DNA of 64,000 nt from Sedimentisphaerales bacterium (GTDB lineage Bacteria > Planctomycetota > Phycisphaerae > Sedimentisphaerales > SM23-30). How positions within the stretch are numbered: position 1 is the first letter of the stretch; each line of letters begins with the position of its first letter. Positions 19,759-30,503 of this stretch are shown here, in pieces. The position numbers and the translations under genes are program-made. Under the pieces are notes generated by a model that saw only the letters and a program-made list of their open reading frames with translations, searched no databases and was not told the origin of the DNA. The stretch spans positions 100,421-164,420 of the forward strand of contig CAXXFK010000018.1 in NCBI GenBank assembly GCA_963663965.2, given 5' to 3'.

Positions 19759-20757
19759 ATGAAAAAATGGACAGGTTATATCGTTATGGCTTTTATTTTC
19801 CTGGTATCAGTATCAGGTTGGTCTAAAGATTATAAAGTTGGAGTCGCATGGTATGGGAAATCAGGCATGGCCGATACCGTTGCCAAAGGCCTGGAGGAAT
19901 CGATTAAAGCTTCCATACCCGGAGTCCAGTTAGAATGTCACCCGTCGCTCAAGGATGCCGAAGAATTGGATGGTGTCGTCAAACAATTTCAGCAGGACAA
20001 GGATGCCATGGTTATATTGCGTTCAAACGGAGCTCAATATCTGATTGAAAATCCCCCCACCATACCGACATTTATCGGGGCTTGTAATAATCCGGTTGAT
20101 CTTGGGGTTATCAAAAATCTCAAGTCACCCGAAGGGAATATCACCGGGGTGACATATTCCTTATCGGTTGAAACGCAGTTTGAAACATTTCGGGCGATTG
20201 TCCCTAAAATCAAGTCCATGGTTCTGCTGTTGGAAGAGGGACATCCCAGTTCGGCAATTGATCAGGCCGGTACCAAAGAATTATGTAAAAAGCTCAAAAT
20301 TGAGTATCAAGAAAAGTTCTGCAAGGTCTATAAAAACAAAGAAGGCAAAGTGGATGATGAAACAAGACAGAAGACCTTTCAGGAAGTGACTGCCGCAGTT
20401 GAAGAATTTAAAGGCAAAGTATCCATCATTGTGCTGGGTAATCAGGCATTATTTATCGATAATGCCAAAGTGGTCATGGACGCCGCCGGGAAAACCCCGG
20501 TTCTGGCCTATTCCGCCAAGTCGGTAAAAGACGGCGCATTATGCGGCTTGTCCGCTGACGATCTTAAATTAGGACGGATGCTGGGGGATTCTATTGCTGA
20601 GGTGCTGGTCAAAGGGAAAGCCATTAAGGAGGTCCCGGTTAAAGTTGATCTCAAACCCCAGTTGTATATTAACGTAAAAACGGCGGAGGCGCTCAAACTG
20701 GAAATTCCTTATGAAATTCTCAGTGTGGCAAAATGTGAAGGCGTTGAAAAAATGTAA
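19759..20757 (+). CDS. ABC-type substrate-binding protein (ABC_sub_bind-like)
   Basis: Signal peptide; NPVDLGVIKNLKSPEGNITGV; LYINVKTAEALKLEIP. Confidence 0.82.
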   Translation: MKKWTGYIVMAFIFLVSVSGWSKDYKVGVAWYGKSGMADTVAKGLEESIKASIPGVQLECHPSLKDAEELDGVVKQFQQDKDAMVILRSNGAQYLIENPPTIPTFIGACNNPVDLGVIKNLKSPEGNITGVTYSLSVETQFETFRAIVPKIKSMVLLLEEGHPSSAIDQAGTKELCKKLKIEYQEKFCKVYKNKEGKVDDETRQKTFQEVTAAVEEFKGKVSIIVLGNQALFIDNAKVVMDAAGKTPVLAYSAKSVKDGALCGLSADDLKLGRMLGDSIAEVLVKGKAIKEVPVKVDLKPQLYINVKTAEALKLEIPYEILSVAKCEGVEKM

Positions 20758-20823
20758 CTTGATTCGTCAGTCATGATCTACCAGGTAAAATCTTTTACCC
20801 GACAATTAAGGATTATCAGTTTT

Positions 20824-22782
20824 ATGAAGTTAAAAATAAGAGAGAAGTTTTTATTGCCTTGCATCGTTTTGTTGATAACCTGCCTGTCCATTACCGGTTA
20901 TATCACCTATAAAACATCCAGGTCTTCCATGGAGCATGCCGTTCAAAACCAGGCGCAACTGCAAGCCTCCTTTGGCAAGCGATCGATAGCCGCCTGGATC
21001 GATAATCGACGAGTGGATCTGGAAAACATGAGCCGTCAGAAGATTTATCATAATGCCATCAGTGATGATTTTATGGGCAAGGCAGCACGCAAAGCGCTCA
21101 ATGTCGAATTGGCGGAAATCATCAAAGAATATGGCTGGTATGAGAATATCATTCTGGTTGATGTTAACGGGAATATTATCTCCAGTGGCGATGAGACGGT
21201 GATCGGTAAGATTAATGTTGCCAGTCGAAACTATTTTCTGGCATCAATAAAGGGCGAATACTATATGTCGCCGGTTATGATCAGCAAGGCCTCCGGATTA
21301 CCCGTTTTTGCCATGTCCACCCCCATTAAGGAAGATGATGCCATAGTTGGTGTTCTCAGTATGATTGTCAGTATGGAATATATTCAACAACTCTATATTG
21401 ATCCGATTAAGATCGGCGAACATGGTTATGCCTATATAACCGATTCTGAAGGGCTTTTGCTGGCCCATCCCAAGAGGGAGTATATCCTGGAAAAGAACCT
21501 GGGTGAAAACGACTGGTTTGGACAAATGGCGCAACAGGAGAATGGCGTTATCCGCTACACTTTTGAAAGAGTCGGCAAATTTGCCGCCTTTGAGAGCGAT
21601 CCAGAGCGCGGTTGGATTTTTGCCGTTACAGCCAATACCGATGAGATTTATGCACCGATCACAAAAATTGGTCAAACGGCCTTTACTTCCGGCATTGCAA
21701 CGATTGCATTAATCATAACAGCCATCATCCTGGTCACACAAATGGTTGTAATTCGGCCGCTAAAAACCGTTGGTTCGCGTCTTCGTGATATTGCCGAAGG
21801 CGAAGGTGACCTGACGATGCGTCTGGATGAAAGCCGTAAGGATGAAGTGGCGGATCTGGCCCATTGGTTTAATGTTTTTGTCGGCAAACTACAGGATGAT
21901 ATCCGCCAGATGGGGATCCAGGCCGACCGGATGAATCAAGCGTCCAGGCGCCTGGGTCAGAATGCCCAGCAGTTAACCGCCGCTTCCGACGCCATGGGCC
22001 AGCAATCTAACAGCGCTTCCCAGGCTGTCGATCAAATGAATGAGACGATGAATTCCGTGGTAAGCCGTAGTGAAGATATGGCCGCGCGGATCAATTCCGT
22101 GGCCACTGCGGTTGAGGAAATGTCCGTCAGTATTACTGAGGTTGCCCGCAATACTGAAGAAGCCGCGAAAAAGGCCGGAAATGCTTCAAGTCAAACCCAA
22201 GCCAGCAATGAGAAGATTGGACAGCTTAATCTGGCTGCGGAAGAAATCGGCAAAGTCATTGAAGTGATTCAGGATATCGCCGAGCAAACTAACTTGCTGG
22301 CTTTAAATGCTACTATCGAAGCGGCGCGTGCCGGAGATGCCGGTAAAGGATTTGCGGTGGTCGCTACTGAGGTCAAAGAGCTGGCGCGTCAGACCGCTGA
22401 AGCGACCAGTAACATTGCCCAGCGTATTACGGCTATCCAGCAGACAACCGGTGAAACGGTCGAAGCAATCAGCGGGATAGGGCAGTCCATTGTACAAGTC
22501 AATGATGTTTCGCAGTCTATCGCATCCTCGGTTGAGGAACAGAGCATTACTACGCGTGAAATCGCTCAGAATGTTTCCCAGACGGCAGATGCTTCCCGAA
22601 ATGTCACCGCCAGTATCAATCAGACGGCTGAAACTTCAAGACAACTTCACGATAATATCGCATCGGTTGATCATGCAGCCAAAGAGCTGGTTCAGATTGC
22701 GGTTGATACTGAAACAGCAGGTCAGGAACTCGACAGTCTGGCCAGCAATCTGGCGCAGTGGGTCAGTAGATTTAAGGTATGA
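20824..22782 (+). CDS. Methyl-accepting chemotaxis protein (TM-dCache-TM-HAMP-MA)
   Basis: [37 protein letters not shown]; Cache motifs RNYF and GYAYITD.EG.LLAHP; alternative start at 20773. Confidence 0.95.
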   Translation: MKLKIREKFLLPCIVLLITCLSITGYITYKTSRSSMEHAVQNQAQLQASFGKRSIAAWIDNRRVDLENMSRQKIYHNAISDDFMGKAARKALNVELAEIIKEYGWYENIILVDVNGNIISSGDETVIGKINVASRNYFLASIKGEYYMSPVMISKASGLPVFAMSTPIKEDDAIVGVLSMIVSMEYIQQLYIDPIKIGEHGYAYITDSEGLLLAHPKREYILEKNLGENDWFGQMAQQENGVIRYTFERVGKFAAFESDPERGWIFAVTANTDEIYAPITKIGQTAFTSGIATIALIITAIILVTQMVVIRPLKTVGSRLRDIAEGEGDLTMRLDESRKDEVADLAHWFNVFVGKLQDDIRQMGIQADRMNQASRRLGQNAQQLTAASDAMGQQSNSASQAVDQMNETMNSVVSRSEDMAARINSVATAVEEMSVSITEVARNTEEAAKKAGNASSQTQASNEKIGQLNLAAEEIGKVIEVIQDIAEQTNLLALNATIEAARAGDAGKGFAVVATEVKELARQTAEATSNIAQRITAIQQTTGETVEAISGIGQSIVQVNDVSQSIASSVEEQSITTREIAQNVSQTADASRNVTASINQTAETSRQLHDNIASVDHAAKELVQIAVDTETAGQELDSLASNLAQWVSRFKV

Positions 22783-22805
22783 CCTTCAAGGCAATGCACA
22801 TCATC

Positions 22806-22837
22806 AGGCTCGTGTCGTATTGACGCGGGCCTTTTTT
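22806..22837 (+). terminator. Rho-independent terminator, the target site of the IIC intron
   Basis: aggctcgtgtc..gacgcgggcct stem and T run directly before GTGCG. Confidence 0.85.
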
Positions 22838-24731
22838 GTGCGCCGGGCATGATATCATGCTCATGGGGTTAAAGTCCCCTGCGGGCCGTGATGAGCGGAA
22901 CCGCGAGCCGAAGGCAACTGCGGTGCAGTGATGCATCGTGGGAAGGAAGCCTCAGGTCAAAGTTGGACTCGACGGACAGGAACCGGATAGCAGGCCGGTG
23001 TCGTCTGGGTAAGGGAGCAATGGATTCCGATGCCCGATACTCATTCGGAGACGACAACGGTAAATTCGGCGAGGCCCAACGGGAAGCATGATATCTTACC
23101 CCGGGAGATCTGCAAGGCAGTCCTGTTGGACACTGTGCTATCAAGACTATAACGCTCAAGATGGCACGGATTCTTGCAGAAGTCAGCAGAGGTCATAGTA
23201 GGGGGCTTCCTTTAAGCTCCCAAAGGACCGAATTTTATGGACAGGCTCGTTGCGAGCGAGACACTCGATGGCCAACCAGGCACCGACAACTCAAGGCGAT
23301 TTGAACCCCGGCCGGGGCGGCGAGAGCGGTACTCAAGCTGTCCGGCCCGAGGCGTGTAGTTGCGCTGCGGCGATCTCGACACCCCAACCCCTGACCGACC
23401 ATCTGATGGAACAGATTGTTGCCAAAGACAATCTGCGCCAGGCTTATCGGCGCGTCGTGGCCAATAAAGGAGCGGCCGGTATCGACGGTATGACCGTTGA
23501 AGACCTGTACGCATGGTGCCGCGCGCATATCAGCGAACTGATCGAACACCTGTTGACCGGCCGGTATCGTCCGGCACCGGTGCGCGGAGTTACTATTCCC
23601 AAGCCCGGCGGCGGTCGGCGGCAACTGGGCATTCCCACCGCCGTGGACCGGATGGTACAACAGGCGATCCTACAAGTCCTGACTCCCATTTTTGAGCGAG
23701 AATTCAGTAACGCCAGTTATGGGTTTCGGCCCGGCCGAAGCGCTCATCAGGCCATTGGCAAGGCGAGCGAGTATGTCCGGAACGGCTACAACGTTGTAGT
23801 CGATATGGACTTGGAGAAGTTCTTTGACCGGGTCAATCACGATATGCTGATGGCCCGAGTGGCCCGCTCTGTCAAAGACAAGCGGCTGCTGAAACTGCTG
23901 CGAGCCTTCTTAAATGCGGGCTTAATGCAGGATGGCGTGGTGCAACCGCGCGAAGAGGGCACTCCGCAAGGCGGCCCCCTGAGCCCATTGCTGGCGAATG
24001 TGTTATTGACAGACTTCGACCGGGAGATGGAAAAGCGCGGCCACCGATTTGTGCGTTATGCGGATGACTGCAATATCTATGTGCAGTCGATTCGGGCCGG
24101 CGAACGGGTGCTGGACAGTGTGACTCGTTTCCTGCAAGTCCAGCTGAAACTCAAAGTGAATCGGGAGAAATCGGCGGTAGGCCATGTGAGTGAGCGCAGC
24201 TTTCTCGGCTACCGCCTGTTTCGACGACGGGAGCCTCGGACTGTCCCAAAAGAGTGTCTCCCGTTTTAAGGACAAGATTCGCGAGTTGACCCGGCGCAAC
24301 AAGCCGGGGCGATACGCGGCGATTATTACGCGCGTAAACCGTACGCTGACCGGATGGCTCAATTATTACCGATATATCCGCAGCGATGCGACACTGAAGA
24401 AGCTGGACGGCTGGATTCGCCGCAAGTTGCGAGCCATCAAACTCAAACAACTCAAGCGGAACTATACGACTGCCAAGTTCTTTATTCGCCACGATGTCGC
24501 CGAATACCAAGCCTGGCTCGGCGCATTGAGCGGTGTGGGGTACTGGCGGAAAAGCGCCATGCCTGAATCGCACCAAGCCATGAATTTGCAATGGTTTAAA
24601 GAACAAGGATTGATCAGCCTGTCTCGCAGATGGCGGGATTTAAAAGAAATTCCATAGGAAACCGCCCGGTGCCGAGCAGGCACGCCGGGTGGTGTGAGAG
24701 GTTGGGGCTGCAAAGCCCCCGCCTACTCGAT
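22838..24731 (+). mobile_element. Group II intron, class IIC (~1.9 kb)
   Basis: 5' GTGCG right after the terminator T-tract; domain V gaaaccgcccggtgccgagcaggcacgccgggtggtgtgagagg (CGC triad); domain VI ending cctactcgat; internal RT ORF. Confidence 0.93.
23268..24657 (+). pseudogene. ltrA: Group II intron reverse transcriptase/maturase, frameshifted near 24220, no endonuclease domain
   Basis: GAAGIDG, PKPGGGRRQLGIPT, SYGFRPGRSAH, GTPQGGPLSPLLAN, RYADD, FLGYR; the maturase X domain (GWLNYYR) continues in another frame to stop 24657. Confidence 0.88.
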
Positions 24732-24784
24732 ATGTAATAAACAGGATGGTTATCTTATGCCGGCAGTATTAGCTGGCCATAGGA

Positions 24785-25699
24785 TTATTCCTGCTTAATT
24801 GATTGAGAGGTCATTCGAAAATCCCTCGGGGTCATCCCTGTCCGATTTTTAAAAACCCGGTGAAAATAGTAACTGTTTTCATATCCCACTCTCGTTGCCA
24901 CTTCATTACAGCGCAAAGACGTGGTTCGTAACAGGGTGCGGGCGGCTTCAATGCGTAATTGCTGTTGATATTCCAAAGGGGTCATTTGATATTCCCGCTT
25001 GAAGATGCGAAACAAGTACCCTCGTGAAATACCACAATTGTCTGCCAGTCGGTCGATATCCAGAGGCAGGTGAAAGTTCTGGCGGATTGCTTCGCGAGCC
25101 TTGATCAAGGCGTCATGTTCGGTTGGAGTGGCTGTTTCGACATTTCCGATTGTAATCAGCAGTTCAAATACGGTCATCAAAGCCCGTTGTTCATAAAAAT
25201 GGGATAGCGGACTGGCCTGATCGGCAAAATCGACGATTTCAATTAATACAGACTTAAGTTGACGGGTTTGCTGGGCATTGAGTTGAACAGGGCCTGCCAG
25301 ATTGGTGTTGATTCCAAATAATTCCAAAATCAATTGCTCAATCGCCAGATCCAGAAAAATGCCTTGATCAGTCTCGTAGGTGAAAGTGACTTCTGAATAA
25401 ATGGTATCAGCCCGGTCAGTAACAAAATCATGTGATTGGCCGGGTGATATGATTGCCAGCGATCCTGGTCCGGCCTGGAATTTCTTGCCATTTACCCGAT
25501 AGCCGCCCTGATTTGCAGTGTATAATACCAGATGATAAACTGGATGGGCGTGTTCCCGAAAGGTTTTCTGGTCACCATAAGGCCGGTTTTGATCGATAGT
25601 TGCATGATGCAGACAGGGATAATATTTGCCCTGAGGCAGATGTAAAGCCAGCCATTGGGCCTGTACTGGACGTCCGGAAGTACGGATATAACTTCGCAT
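24785..25699 (-). CDS. AraC family transcriptional regulator
   Basis: Cupin HAHPVYHLV; C-terminal HTH RVGYENSYYFHRVFKNRTGMTP. Confidence 0.93.
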   Translation of the reverse strand: MRSYIRTSGRPVQAQWLALHLPQGKYYPCLHHATIDQNRPYGDQKTFREHAHPVYHLVLYTANQGGYRVNGKKFQAGPGSLAIISPGQSHDFVTDRADTIYSEVTFTYETDQGIFLDLAIEQLILELFGINTNLAGPVQLNAQQTRQLKSVLIEIVDFADQASPLSHFYEQRALMTVFELLITIGNVETATPTEHDALIKAREAIRQNFHLPLDIDRLADNCGISRGYLFRIFKREYQMTPLEYQQQLRIEAARTLLRTTSLRCNEVATRVGYENSYYFHRVFKNRTGMTPRDFRMTSQSIKQE

Positions 25700-25816
25700 A
25701 AGTCACTATTGTATAATAAAAGGTGATGATTATGTATTTGATTTAATGGCCAGATGATTATAATACATATAATAAATTGATTCAAGTCTCGTTTTACTTA
25801 TAAGTATCGTGAAGCA

Positions 25817-26862
25817 ATGAAAAACAAACACTGGAATGAATTGTTAAAGCTGATCGCTGGTGAGCCGCTGGAGATGTTACCGACCGGACTGATTATCGAT
25901 AGTCCCTGGTTGCCTGGATGGGCTGGCATTGACACCCTGGATTATTTTACCAGTGATGAACTCTGGTTTCAGGCGAATTTAAAAGCGGAAGAGGTATTTG
26001 AAGACCTCTGGTTCCTGCCCGGTTTCTGGGCTGAATATGGGATGTGTACGGAACCGTCGGCTTTTGGCGCCCGTTGCAGCTGGCATCGGAATGAGTTGCC
26101 GTTTGCACATAAAACCATTCATAGTCTGGAAGAAATCGACCGGCTTGTCGTACCAGACCCGGCAGTAGACGGCTTGGCGCCTTTTGTGATAAAGCGGTTA
26201 GAGAGGTATCGTTCCCGGATCGAGCAGGCCGGACATTCAATACGCTTTGCCGTGGCGCGCGGCCCGCTTAATGTGGCCTCTTTTATGATGGGAGCGACTG
26301 AATTTTTAATGGCATTGCGTGATGATTCCCTTAGAATTCACAAGCTGTTACGGGTAATTACGGACTACCTGATACAATGGCTCGACCTGCAAATCAAAAC
26401 ATTTGACAGTATTGAGGGGATTTTAGTTCTGGATGATATCGTTGGATTCTGTGGGGAGCCGGATTTTCTGGAATTCGCCCGGCCTTATCTGACTGAAATA
26501 TTTCAGGCTTTCAATGTTCCAGTCAAGCTCTTTCATAACGATGCTGATGGCCGTGTTTGTGCCGGATACCTTCATAAGATGGGGGTCAATATTTTTAATT
26601 TCAGTTTTCTGCACAACCTGGCGGAAATGCGAGAGTGGGCAGGCGATAAGTTACGCTGCTGGGCAATATTCCGCCGAGGGATATTCTGGCCCAGGGCGAA
26701 CCGTCCGATGTCAAAGCCGCCGTGCAATCCGCACTGGCCGGCTTAAATGATTATCGCAATATTATCATGTCCTGTGGCGGGGGTACGCCCGATGGAGTAT
26801 CGACTGAAAACATTCAGGCCTTATTGGAATCGACACAGGAGTTCCAAAAAACTTTGGTTTAA
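25817..26862 (+). pseudogene. Uroporphyrinogen decarboxylase-like protein with an apparent 1-nt deletion near 26648
   Basis: VARGPLN, LDDIVG, FHND; after GDK the shifted frame reads VTLLGNIPPRDILAQG..IIMSCGGGTPDGVSTENIQAL to TAA 26860-26862. Confidence 0.8.
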
Positions 26863-26876
26863 TTTTGGGGGCATTT

Positions 26877-28118
26877 ATGCGCAATCTTTTTGCAGTGTGT
26901 TTGATGGGAATTTTCATGAGCCAGTTACTGGCTGCTGATCGTAAAGAGTTTACCGTCCGTGGCGGGGAGTCGGACTGGCTGAATATGCCGGTTGCTGTCA
27001 GTCTTGATGGGCTGCGTCCTTGTGGCGACGATGAAATGATCTTGCTTGAACAAGTGATTGGAACCCGTCGATTTAGTGTGCCCTGTCAGGTCGAACCCGG
27101 ACCAAACGCGCAACTCTGGTTTATTCCCTTAGAACCCATCCCATCCGGGAATATCGTTTCTTACGAAATAAGTTTGAAATCCGCCGAGGCCGTTACGCCG
27201 GTCGTGATAGTTGAGCGAACGGATAAAGAGTTTAAACTGTTAACTTCACAAGGGCCTGTTTTGGATTATTACTATGCACTGCACGATGTGCCCGCGGGAG
27301 TCGATCCGGCTTTTCGGCGCAGCGGTTTTATTCATCCGCTCTGGTCGCCCGGAGGACAGGTGCTCACAGAGATCCAGCCCAAAGACCATTATCATCATTA
27401 TGGGATCTGGAATCCCTGGACCAAAACCCATATCGAAGGCCGCGAGATCGATTTCTGGAACCTGGTCAAGAAACAGGGTACCGTTCGGTTTGCCGGTTTG
27501 CTGGCCATTGAAACCGGGCCGGTTTTTGCCCGTTTGGCGGTCAGGCAGGAACATGTGATGTTTGAGTCAGATGGCCGTGAACGGGTCGCCATGAACGAAC
27601 TCTGGGATATTAAGGCCAGTTCCGCCAAGTTAAAAGGCAAACCGGTCTGGGTCATCGATCTGACTTCCACGTTAAATAATAATCTGGATAGCCCCATTGA
27701 ACTGGCCGAATATCGCTATGGCGGCGGCTTGGGATTCCGCGCGACCGATCTCTGGACCAATAAGAACAGTACGGTTTTGACCTCTGAAGGCAAAACCCGT
27801 AAGGAGGCCGACGCCAGTCGGGCGCGCTGGTGCAATATTTCCGGTCAGACCGATCAAGGGAAAGCCGGCATTTTGTTTCTCAGTCATGATCGTAATCGTG
27901 AACATCCCGAACCGATGCGGATGTGGCCGGAGGATGCCAATGGCGGTCGGGGGGATGTGTTCTTTGAATTTTGTCCGATCCGGCTTAAGAACTGGTTTCT
28001 CCAGCCGGACAAAACGTATGTATTAAGCTATCGTATGATCGTTTATGACGGCGATCTGGATGTGAAGATTGCCGAAGTATTATGGAATAATTTTGTGAAT
28101 CCGTTGGCGGCCGAATAA
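26877..28118 (+). CDS. Secreted DUF6807/'PmoA'-like family protein
   Basis: Signal peptide; RSGFIHPLWSPGGQVLT..PKDHYHHYGIW; YGGGLGFR. Confidence 0.78.
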   Translation: MRNLFAVCLMGIFMSQLLAADRKEFTVRGGESDWLNMPVAVSLDGLRPCGDDEMILLEQVIGTRRFSVPCQVEPGPNAQLWFIPLEPIPSGNIVSYEISLKSAEAVTPVVIVERTDKEFKLLTSQGPVLDYYYALHDVPAGVDPAFRRSGFIHPLWSPGGQVLTEIQPKDHYHHYGIWNPWTKTHIEGREIDFWNLVKKQGTVRFAGLLAIETGPVFARLAVRQEHVMFESDGRERVAMNELWDIKASSAKLKGKPVWVIDLTSTLNNNLDSPIELAEYRYGGGLGFRATDLWTNKNSTVLTSEGKTRKEADASRARWCNISGQTDQGKAGILFLSHDRNREHPEPMRMWPEDANGGRGDVFFEFCPIRLKNWFLQPDKTYVLSYRMIVYDGDLDVKIAEVLWNNFVNPLAAE

Positions 28119-28144
28119 CTAACCCTAAGATTCAGGAGTACGAG

Positions 28145-28921
28145 ATGAAACATGGAATTAAAACCGGGCTGCTATGTGTTGCCCTGGCATTTACCCTGGC
28201 GTTATGCATGGGGCAGAACAAGCCGCTAGGCAAGCACGTACTGATTTATACCAAAAACGGCAAAGGTTACGTGCATGATAATATTGCCGCCAGTGTCGAG
28301 TGCCTGAAGGGTATCTGCGATCGCAATCAATGGACCTATGAGGTTAGTGATGACTCCGCGATATTTACCCCGGAAAAGCTGAAAACGTTTGATGTTCTGG
28401 TATTTACCAATACCAACAATGAAACGGTTGATACGGACGATCAGAAAAAGGCGTTTCAGGATTATATCCACGCCGGGGGCGGCTTTGTCGGTATTCATTC
28501 GGCCTGTGGATCAGAACGTCAGTGGCCCTGGTTCTGGGATAATCTAGGCGGAAAATTTGTGCGGCATCCCCCGTTGCAGCCTTTTGATATCAAGGTCATC
28601 GATCCTAAACACGTATCGACCCGTCATTTGGGTGAAATCTGGAAGTGGGAAGATGAGTGTTACTTTATGAACCAGCTGAATCCGGATATTCATGTTTTGC
28701 TGACGGTGGATTTACGCACCATCAAAGATGAAGGCAAAACCAAATATCCCGGTGAAGTTTTCGGCAATTATTTTCCTTTGTGCTGGTGTCATGAATTTGA
28801 GGGCGGGCGCCAGTGGTATACGGCGCTGGGCCATAAAATCGATCATTATCAAGACGAAAATTTTGTCAACCATCTGGCCGGCGGCCTCCGCTGGGCAATG
28901 ACCAAACCTGTCAAGAAATAA
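28145..28921 (+). CDS. ThuA-like (trehalose utilization) domain protein
   Basis: GYVHDNI, GGGFVGIHSA, DECY, GGRQWYTALGH. Confidence 0.88.
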   Translation: MKHGIKTGLLCVALAFTLALCMGQNKPLGKHVLIYTKNGKGYVHDNIAASVECLKGICDRNQWTYEVSDDSAIFTPEKLKTFDVLVFTNTNNETVDTDDQKKAFQDYIHAGGGFVGIHSACGSERQWPWFWDNLGGKFVRHPPLQPFDIKVIDPKHVSTRHLGEIWKWEDECYFMNQLNPDIHVLLTVDLRTIKDEGKTKYPGEVFGNYFPLCWCHEFEGGRQWYTALGHKIDHYQDENFVNHLAGGLRWAMTKPVKK

Positions 28922-28933
28922 GAAAGGGTAACC

Positions 28934-30295
28934 ATGAAACGAAGAGATTTTCTTAAGTGTACCGCGGCCGCGGCCGGTTTCAGTATTGTACCATCCTCGG
29001 TATTTGCCCAGTTTGGTCCTAATAGCAAGATTAATGTCGCTCATATTGGCTGCGGCCGTATTTGCCGTGAACATGATTTACCGGAGGTTATCCGTCATGA
29101 TTTCTGCCGATATGTCGCGGTTGCCGATGTTGACTTGAAACGCGCCAAAGACGGCAAGAAAAAAATTGATGATTATTATGCCAAAAAGAACACCTCGACA
29201 GATGTGAAAGTCTATCAGGATTACCGTGAAATGCTGCAAGACAAGAGCATTGACGCGGTGGTGATTTCGACGCCGGACCACTGGCACGCTCAACCGGCGA
29301 TGGAAGCCGCATTGGCTGGTAAGGATGTTTACCTGCAGAAACCCACCTCGCTGACCATTGCTGAGGGGCGGCAGATGAGCGACACCTTCAATCATACCGG
29401 GCGTATTTTCCAGCTTGGCAGTCAGCAGCGCTCGCGCAGTCCGTGGCCTCAGTTTAAACTGGTATGTGAACTGGTTCGCAACGGGCGGCTGGGTGAGCTT
29501 AAGCATGTTGAAGTAGGGCTGGGTACGGATCCTGGCTGTGGTGATGAACCGGAAATGCCGATTCCCAGTAATTTGAATTACGATATGTGGCTGGGCGCGA
29601 CGCCGGAAGTTTACTATACAGAAAAAAGAGTGCATCCGCAAAAAGATTTCAGCCGGCCGGGCTGGCTGCGCTGTGAGCAGTTTGGCGCGGGGATGATTAC
29701 CGGCTGGGGTGTTCACCATCTCGATATTGCCCACTGGGGTATGGGGGCGGAGTTTACCGGGCCGACGGAAATCGAATGTGAAAAAGTGGTCTATCCCAAA
29801 TCGGGTTTGTGGAATGTTCATGGCGATTTCACGATTCACGCCAAGTATGCCAGCGGCGTGACCATGGAGATTTCCAGCCGGTTTACCAATGGCGTGAAGT
29901 TTATCGGGACGGAAGGCTGGATATTCGTTTCGCGCGGCAATGTACAGGTTACAGCCAGCGATCCGGTGCCGAAGGGTGAGAGTAATGCCCTGAAGGCCAG
30001 TGATCCCAAGATGTTAGCGGCCCTGGGGCCTGATGGTTTCCGGTTGTATGACAGTCCGGAGCAGCATCTTAACTGGCTGGAATGTATTCGTAACCGTCAG
30101 ATGACCATTTCGCCGGCGGAAGTGGCGCATCGGTCCTGTACGGTTTGCCTGGTCAGCCATATTTCGATGAAATTCCCCAAGAAGAAATTGTACTGGAATC
30201 CGGTTAAAGAAGAATTTGTCGGCAATGCCGAAGCGAACAGTATGCTGTCGCGTCCTCAACGCAAGCCCTGGGGTACGAACAATATCAAAGTATAG
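28934..30295 (+). CDS. Tat-exported Gfo/Idh/MocA oxidoreductase
   Basis: MKRRDFLK Tat motif; IGCG, DAVVISTPDHWH, KDVYLQKP, GSQQRS, WGVHHLD. Confidence 0.92.
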   Translation: MKRRDFLKCTAAAAGFSIVPSSVFAQFGPNSKINVAHIGCGRICREHDLPEVIRHDFCRYVAVADVDLKRAKDGKKKIDDYYAKKNTSTDVKVYQDYREMLQDKSIDAVVISTPDHWHAQPAMEAALAGKDVYLQKPTSLTIAEGRQMSDTFNHTGRIFQLGSQQRSRSPWPQFKLVCELVRNGRLGELKHVEVGLGTDPGCGDEPEMPIPSNLNYDMWLGATPEVYYTEKRVHPQKDFSRPGWLRCEQFGAGMITGWGVHHLDIAHWGMGAEFTGPTEIECEKVVYPKSGLWNVHGDFTIHAKYASGVTMEISSRFTNGVKFIGTEGWIFVSRGNVQVTASDPVPKGESNALKASDPKMLAALGPDGFRLYDSPEQHLNWLECIRNRQMTISPAEVAHRSCTVCLVSHISMKFPKKKLYWNPVKEEFVGNAEANSMLSRPQRKPWGTNNIKV

Positions 30296-30503
30296 CAGTG
30301 GGACAATAAACCGTTTTTTCCCCAATAGAAGGTGGGTCAATCATTGGCTCACCTTTTTTAATTATCCATCCAGGTATAAATCAAGCAATTTATCAAGTGT
30401 TGAGCTATTTACTTGCACACAAAGGCGGAACTCGTTACAATAAATTCTGGAACATAAGCAAATTTACCTCCCGATATCCCCTTATGATCACGAGGAAAAT
30501 GAG

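Noticed and set aside
23268..24657. RT as part of a retron or DGR acting on the prepilin genes
   Set aside because: It has group II intron boundaries and domains V/VI, and I saw no TR/VR pair with adenine-specific mismatches.
26877..28118. Methane monooxygenase (from the 'PmoA' family label)
   Set aside because: Soluble secreted protein in a sugar-catabolic operon with no pmoCAB context.
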